Below, one piece after another: positions 60,756 to 64,000 of a DNA stretch of 64,000 bases. Positions within the stretch are counted from its first letter, which is position 1. Every line of letters begins with the position of its first letter. Origin of the DNA: Octopus sinensis (taxonomy: Eukaryota); the NCBI RefSeq assembly GCF_006345805.1, contig NC_043014.1:46562001-46626000 (forward strand). The letters are read 5' to 3'. The notes under the pieces were generated by a model. That model was not told the DNA's origin and did not search any database. It worked only from the letters and a program-made list of their open reading frames with translations. Position numbers and translations under genes: made by a program.

Positions 60756-61467
60756 GGGACATCGGGAGATGATTTGATGATCATTGATGAGTGTTGCCAA
60801 GGTGGACGTGTACGGGTAAATAGTTATGATTCGGGCGACAAGGTGTCTGATATGTTGGGTGAAGGTTTGTGAATTGGGACATTGGGAGATGATTTGATGA
60901 TCATTGATGAGTGTTGCCAAGGTGGACGTGTACAGGGAAATAGTTATAATTCGGGCGACAAGTTGTCTGATATGTTGGGCAAAGGTTTGTGAATTGGGAC
61001 ATTGGGAGATGATTTGATGATCATTGATGAGTGTTGCCAAGGTGGACGTGTACGGGGAAATAGTTATAATTCGGGCGACAAGTTGTCTGATATGTTGGGC
61101 AAAGGTTTGTGAATTGGGACATTGGGAGATGATTTGATGATCATTGATGAGTGTTGCCAAGGTGGACGTGTACAGGGAAATAGTTATGATTCGGGCGACA
61201 AGTTGTCTGATATGTCGGGCGATGGTTTGTGAATTGGGACATCGGGAGATGATTTGATGATCATTGATGAGTGTTGCCAAGGTGGACGTGTACGGGGAAA
61301 TAGTTATGATTCGGGCGACAAGTTGTCTGATATGTTGGGCGAAGGTTTGTGAATTGGGACTTTGGGAGATGATTTGATGATCATTGATGAGTGTTGCCAA
61401 GGTGGACGTGTACGGGGAAATAGTTATGATTCAGGCGACAAGTTGTCTGATATGTTGGGTGAAGGTT
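60756..61467. repeat. 120-bp tandem satellite, ~6 copies, plus an isolated unit at 61756-61862
   Basis: gatttgatga at exact 120-bp intervals from 60771 to 61371. Confidence 0.95.
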
Positions 61468-63359
61468 TTGCTCAAGAACACAATGTTTCACCTGGTCCAG
61501 GAATCGAAACCACAATCTTACAATCATGATGCTGACACCCTAACCACTAAGCCACATGCCACCACATAAAATAAATGCACCCTTTTATAAAGCCTAGCCA
61601 GGCTCATGGGCCCGGTTTCCCAGTTTCAATGGTGTATGTGTTCCCCAGCTGGACGGGACGCCAGTCCATCGCAGCGTTACTCACTTTTGCCAGCTGAGTG
61701 GACTGGAATAATGTGAAATGAAGTGTTTTGCTCAAGAACACAATGTGTCACCTCGGAGATGATTTGATGATCATTGATGAGTGTTGCCAAGGTGGACGTG
61801 TACGGGGAAATAGTTATGATTCGGGCGACAAGTTGTCTGATATGCTGGATGAAGGTTTGTGAAGGTTGTTGCCCCAGTGTCAGAAGCCAGTGGGTGTTTG
61901 ATAGAAGTTGAATTAGGGTTAGATAAGAGGGATATCATTGATATTTGGTGAAAAGCAAAAATAAAAATAACATGGTGAAAATGTTAATAGTTATCGCCAA
62001 GCTAATATGGCAGTCCAGAAATATAGGACGGATGCTGCCGTTGATTAGCACCAAGAGGCCATCGCCTCTAGCTAGCTATGTGACATATGAACCTGTGTCC
62101 ATTATAACCTTTGAATAGGGGAGGTCAGCCACTTCCCCATGCTGGTCAGGCGTTTGCAGACTAGTTTCAGGGTATTTGCTCCTTATCAATTCAGAGCAGC
62201 CAAACCAAGCAGGTGTCGCTACTGACAGTCTGTTCGAAGGATTATTTACCTAAATTCAGTGGAATACATCCACTGGTTTTCAAAAATAGAAATATTAAAA
62301 TTTCTAAGTCTCTCTAAAGGAAACTACAGCAGCGGTACTGGATATTAATAGTTATCGCCAAGCTAATATGGCAGTCCAGAAATATAGGACGGATGCTGCT
62401 GTTGATTAGCTCCAAGAGACCATCGCTTCTAGCTAGCTATGTGACACACTGACCTGTGTCCATTATAACCTTCAAACAGGGGAGGTCAGCCACTTCCCCT
62501 TGCTGGTCAAGCATCTACAGACTAGTTTCAGGGTATTTGCCCCTTATGGTGAAAAGGTTGTTTGATATAAACTTCACATTTAAGTATCAATTGATGTTAG
62601 AAAAGACATCTGACTTGGAAATATAATTACATCGATAATATAAAAAACAAAAAGAAAAAAAGACAACTAAAGAAGAAACTGAAAGAATTGCAGGAACCTC
62701 CAAGTTTTTTTTTTTTGCTTTTTTTTGTTGTCATTGTTTTACTTTTGATGTCTTTCATTTGAAATGTTTTTTGCCTCTTAAATGTGTTATTTATTTGTTG
62801 CTGTTGTTGCTTTAGAAAATGTTAAGTTTTAAAAAGTAGTCAACCTTCTGTTCTGTCTAATCCCAACTCATCTACATAACCAGAAGACACATACCGATTC
62901 CTCTTGGATACTTAGGTTTATGGAAGCACTCTGTCGGTTACGACGACGAGGGTTCCGGTTGATCCGAATCAACGGAACAGCCTGCTCGTGAAATTAATGT
63001 GTAAGTGGCTGAGCACTCCACAGACACGTGTACCCTTAACGTAGTTCTCGGGGATATTCAGCGTGACACAGAGAGTGACAAGGCCGGCCCTTTGAAATAC
63101 AGGTTTGAAATACTTAGGTTATGACTTCATAAATCGGATCTTTTTTATAGAAAGTTACTGAAGTTCTCTTGAATTGACTTAACCTATTGTTTTGACATAA
63201 TTTTTCGTTAAAAGTTTAATATGGAGAGGCAGTTGAATTACCTTCTTGCAATTAACTAAGAGCACAGATTGGCCACTATTTCTTCTTGGGATACTTGTTG
63301 ACTTTAGTGGCCAGTAACATTTGATAGAGTGATCTGTGGAGGCACAAGTGTCCTATAAA

Positions 63360-63880
63360 AAATAATAAATGCCCCCTTTTAAAGCCTAACCAGGTTCATG
63401 GGCCCGGTTTCTCAGTTTCTATGGCATATGTGTTCCCCAGCTGAACGGGACGCCAGTCCATCTCAGCGTTACTCATTTTTGCCAGCTGAGTCGACTGGAG
63501 TAATGTGAAATGAAGTGTTTTGCTCAAGAACACAACGCATCGCCCGGTCCAGGAATCGAAACCACAATCTTACGATCATGGTGCTGACACCCAAACCACT
63601 AAACCACGTGTCACCACATAAAATAAATGCGCCCTTTTATAAAGCCTAGCCAGGCTCATGGGCCCGGTTTCCCTGTTTCTATGGCGTATGTGTTCCCCAG
63701 CTGGATGGGACGCCAGTCCATTGCAGCATTACTCATTTTTGCCAGCTGAGTCGACTGGAGTAATGTGAAATGAAGTGTTTTGCTCAAGAATACAATGTGT
63801 CACCTGGTCCAGGAATTGAAACCACAATCTTACAATCATGATGCTGACACCCTAACCACTAAGCCACGCACCTCCACACA
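63360..63880 (-). mobile_element. Tandem tRNA-derived SINE family E (related: 61467-61755, 7848-8170 plus, 22130-22380 plus, 41940-42200, 56160-56390)
   Basis: Minus-strand head ggaggtgcgtggcttagtggttagggtgtcagc...ggtttcaattcc; core gtgttcttgagcaaaacact. Confidence 0.75.
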
Positions 63881-64000
63881 AATGTCCTACAGGCATAAGT
63901 AACAGTAATGTTTTGTAAATCCTGCTCGCATGTCCATTAACATCCCAGTAACTTTGGGGTCTCCACGGAGATTCCATGGGTGGACATGCTTTTGGATGAT

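Noticed and set aside
60693-61400. 235-aa repeat protein gene
   Set aside because: The frame is open only because the 120-bp unit lacks a stop in one frame; no splice or promoter context.
57659-64000. PIEZO inner-helix and C-terminal exons
   Set aside because: I searched for a phase-2 exon encoding I+GLY...V and found none; presumably beyond the window.

Overview
Eukaryotic, AT-rich, repeat-saturated genomic DNA. The SINE, LINE and microsatellite content looks like an octopus (coleoid cephalopod); this is an inference. The window holds the 3' part of one + strand gene for the mechanosensitive channel PIEZO. I could chain 20 exons with canonical AG/GT boundaries and consistent phases from 490 to 57658 (2774 nt, about 924 codons). 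They run from the post-beam region through the last transmembrane units, anchor, outer helix and cap. The 5' exons and the final inner-helix/CTD exons lie outside the window. In the 9.5-kb intron 23183-32656 I found three candidate micro-exons (24, 11 and 37 nt). The 11 and 37 nt exons keep frame only when included together. The introns hold a full-length but frameshifted RTE LINE nested in a non-autonomous Helitron, CR1 fragments, several tRNA-derived SINE families, piggyBac, hAT and Tigger MITEs, Helitrons and a probable solo LTR. They also hold Penelope-type hammerhead-like motifs, a 21-bp minisatellite apparently grown from a CR1 RT sequence, a 120-bp satellite and a partial copy of a PIEZO exon. 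Most ORFs in the supplied track are repeat-derived artefacts.
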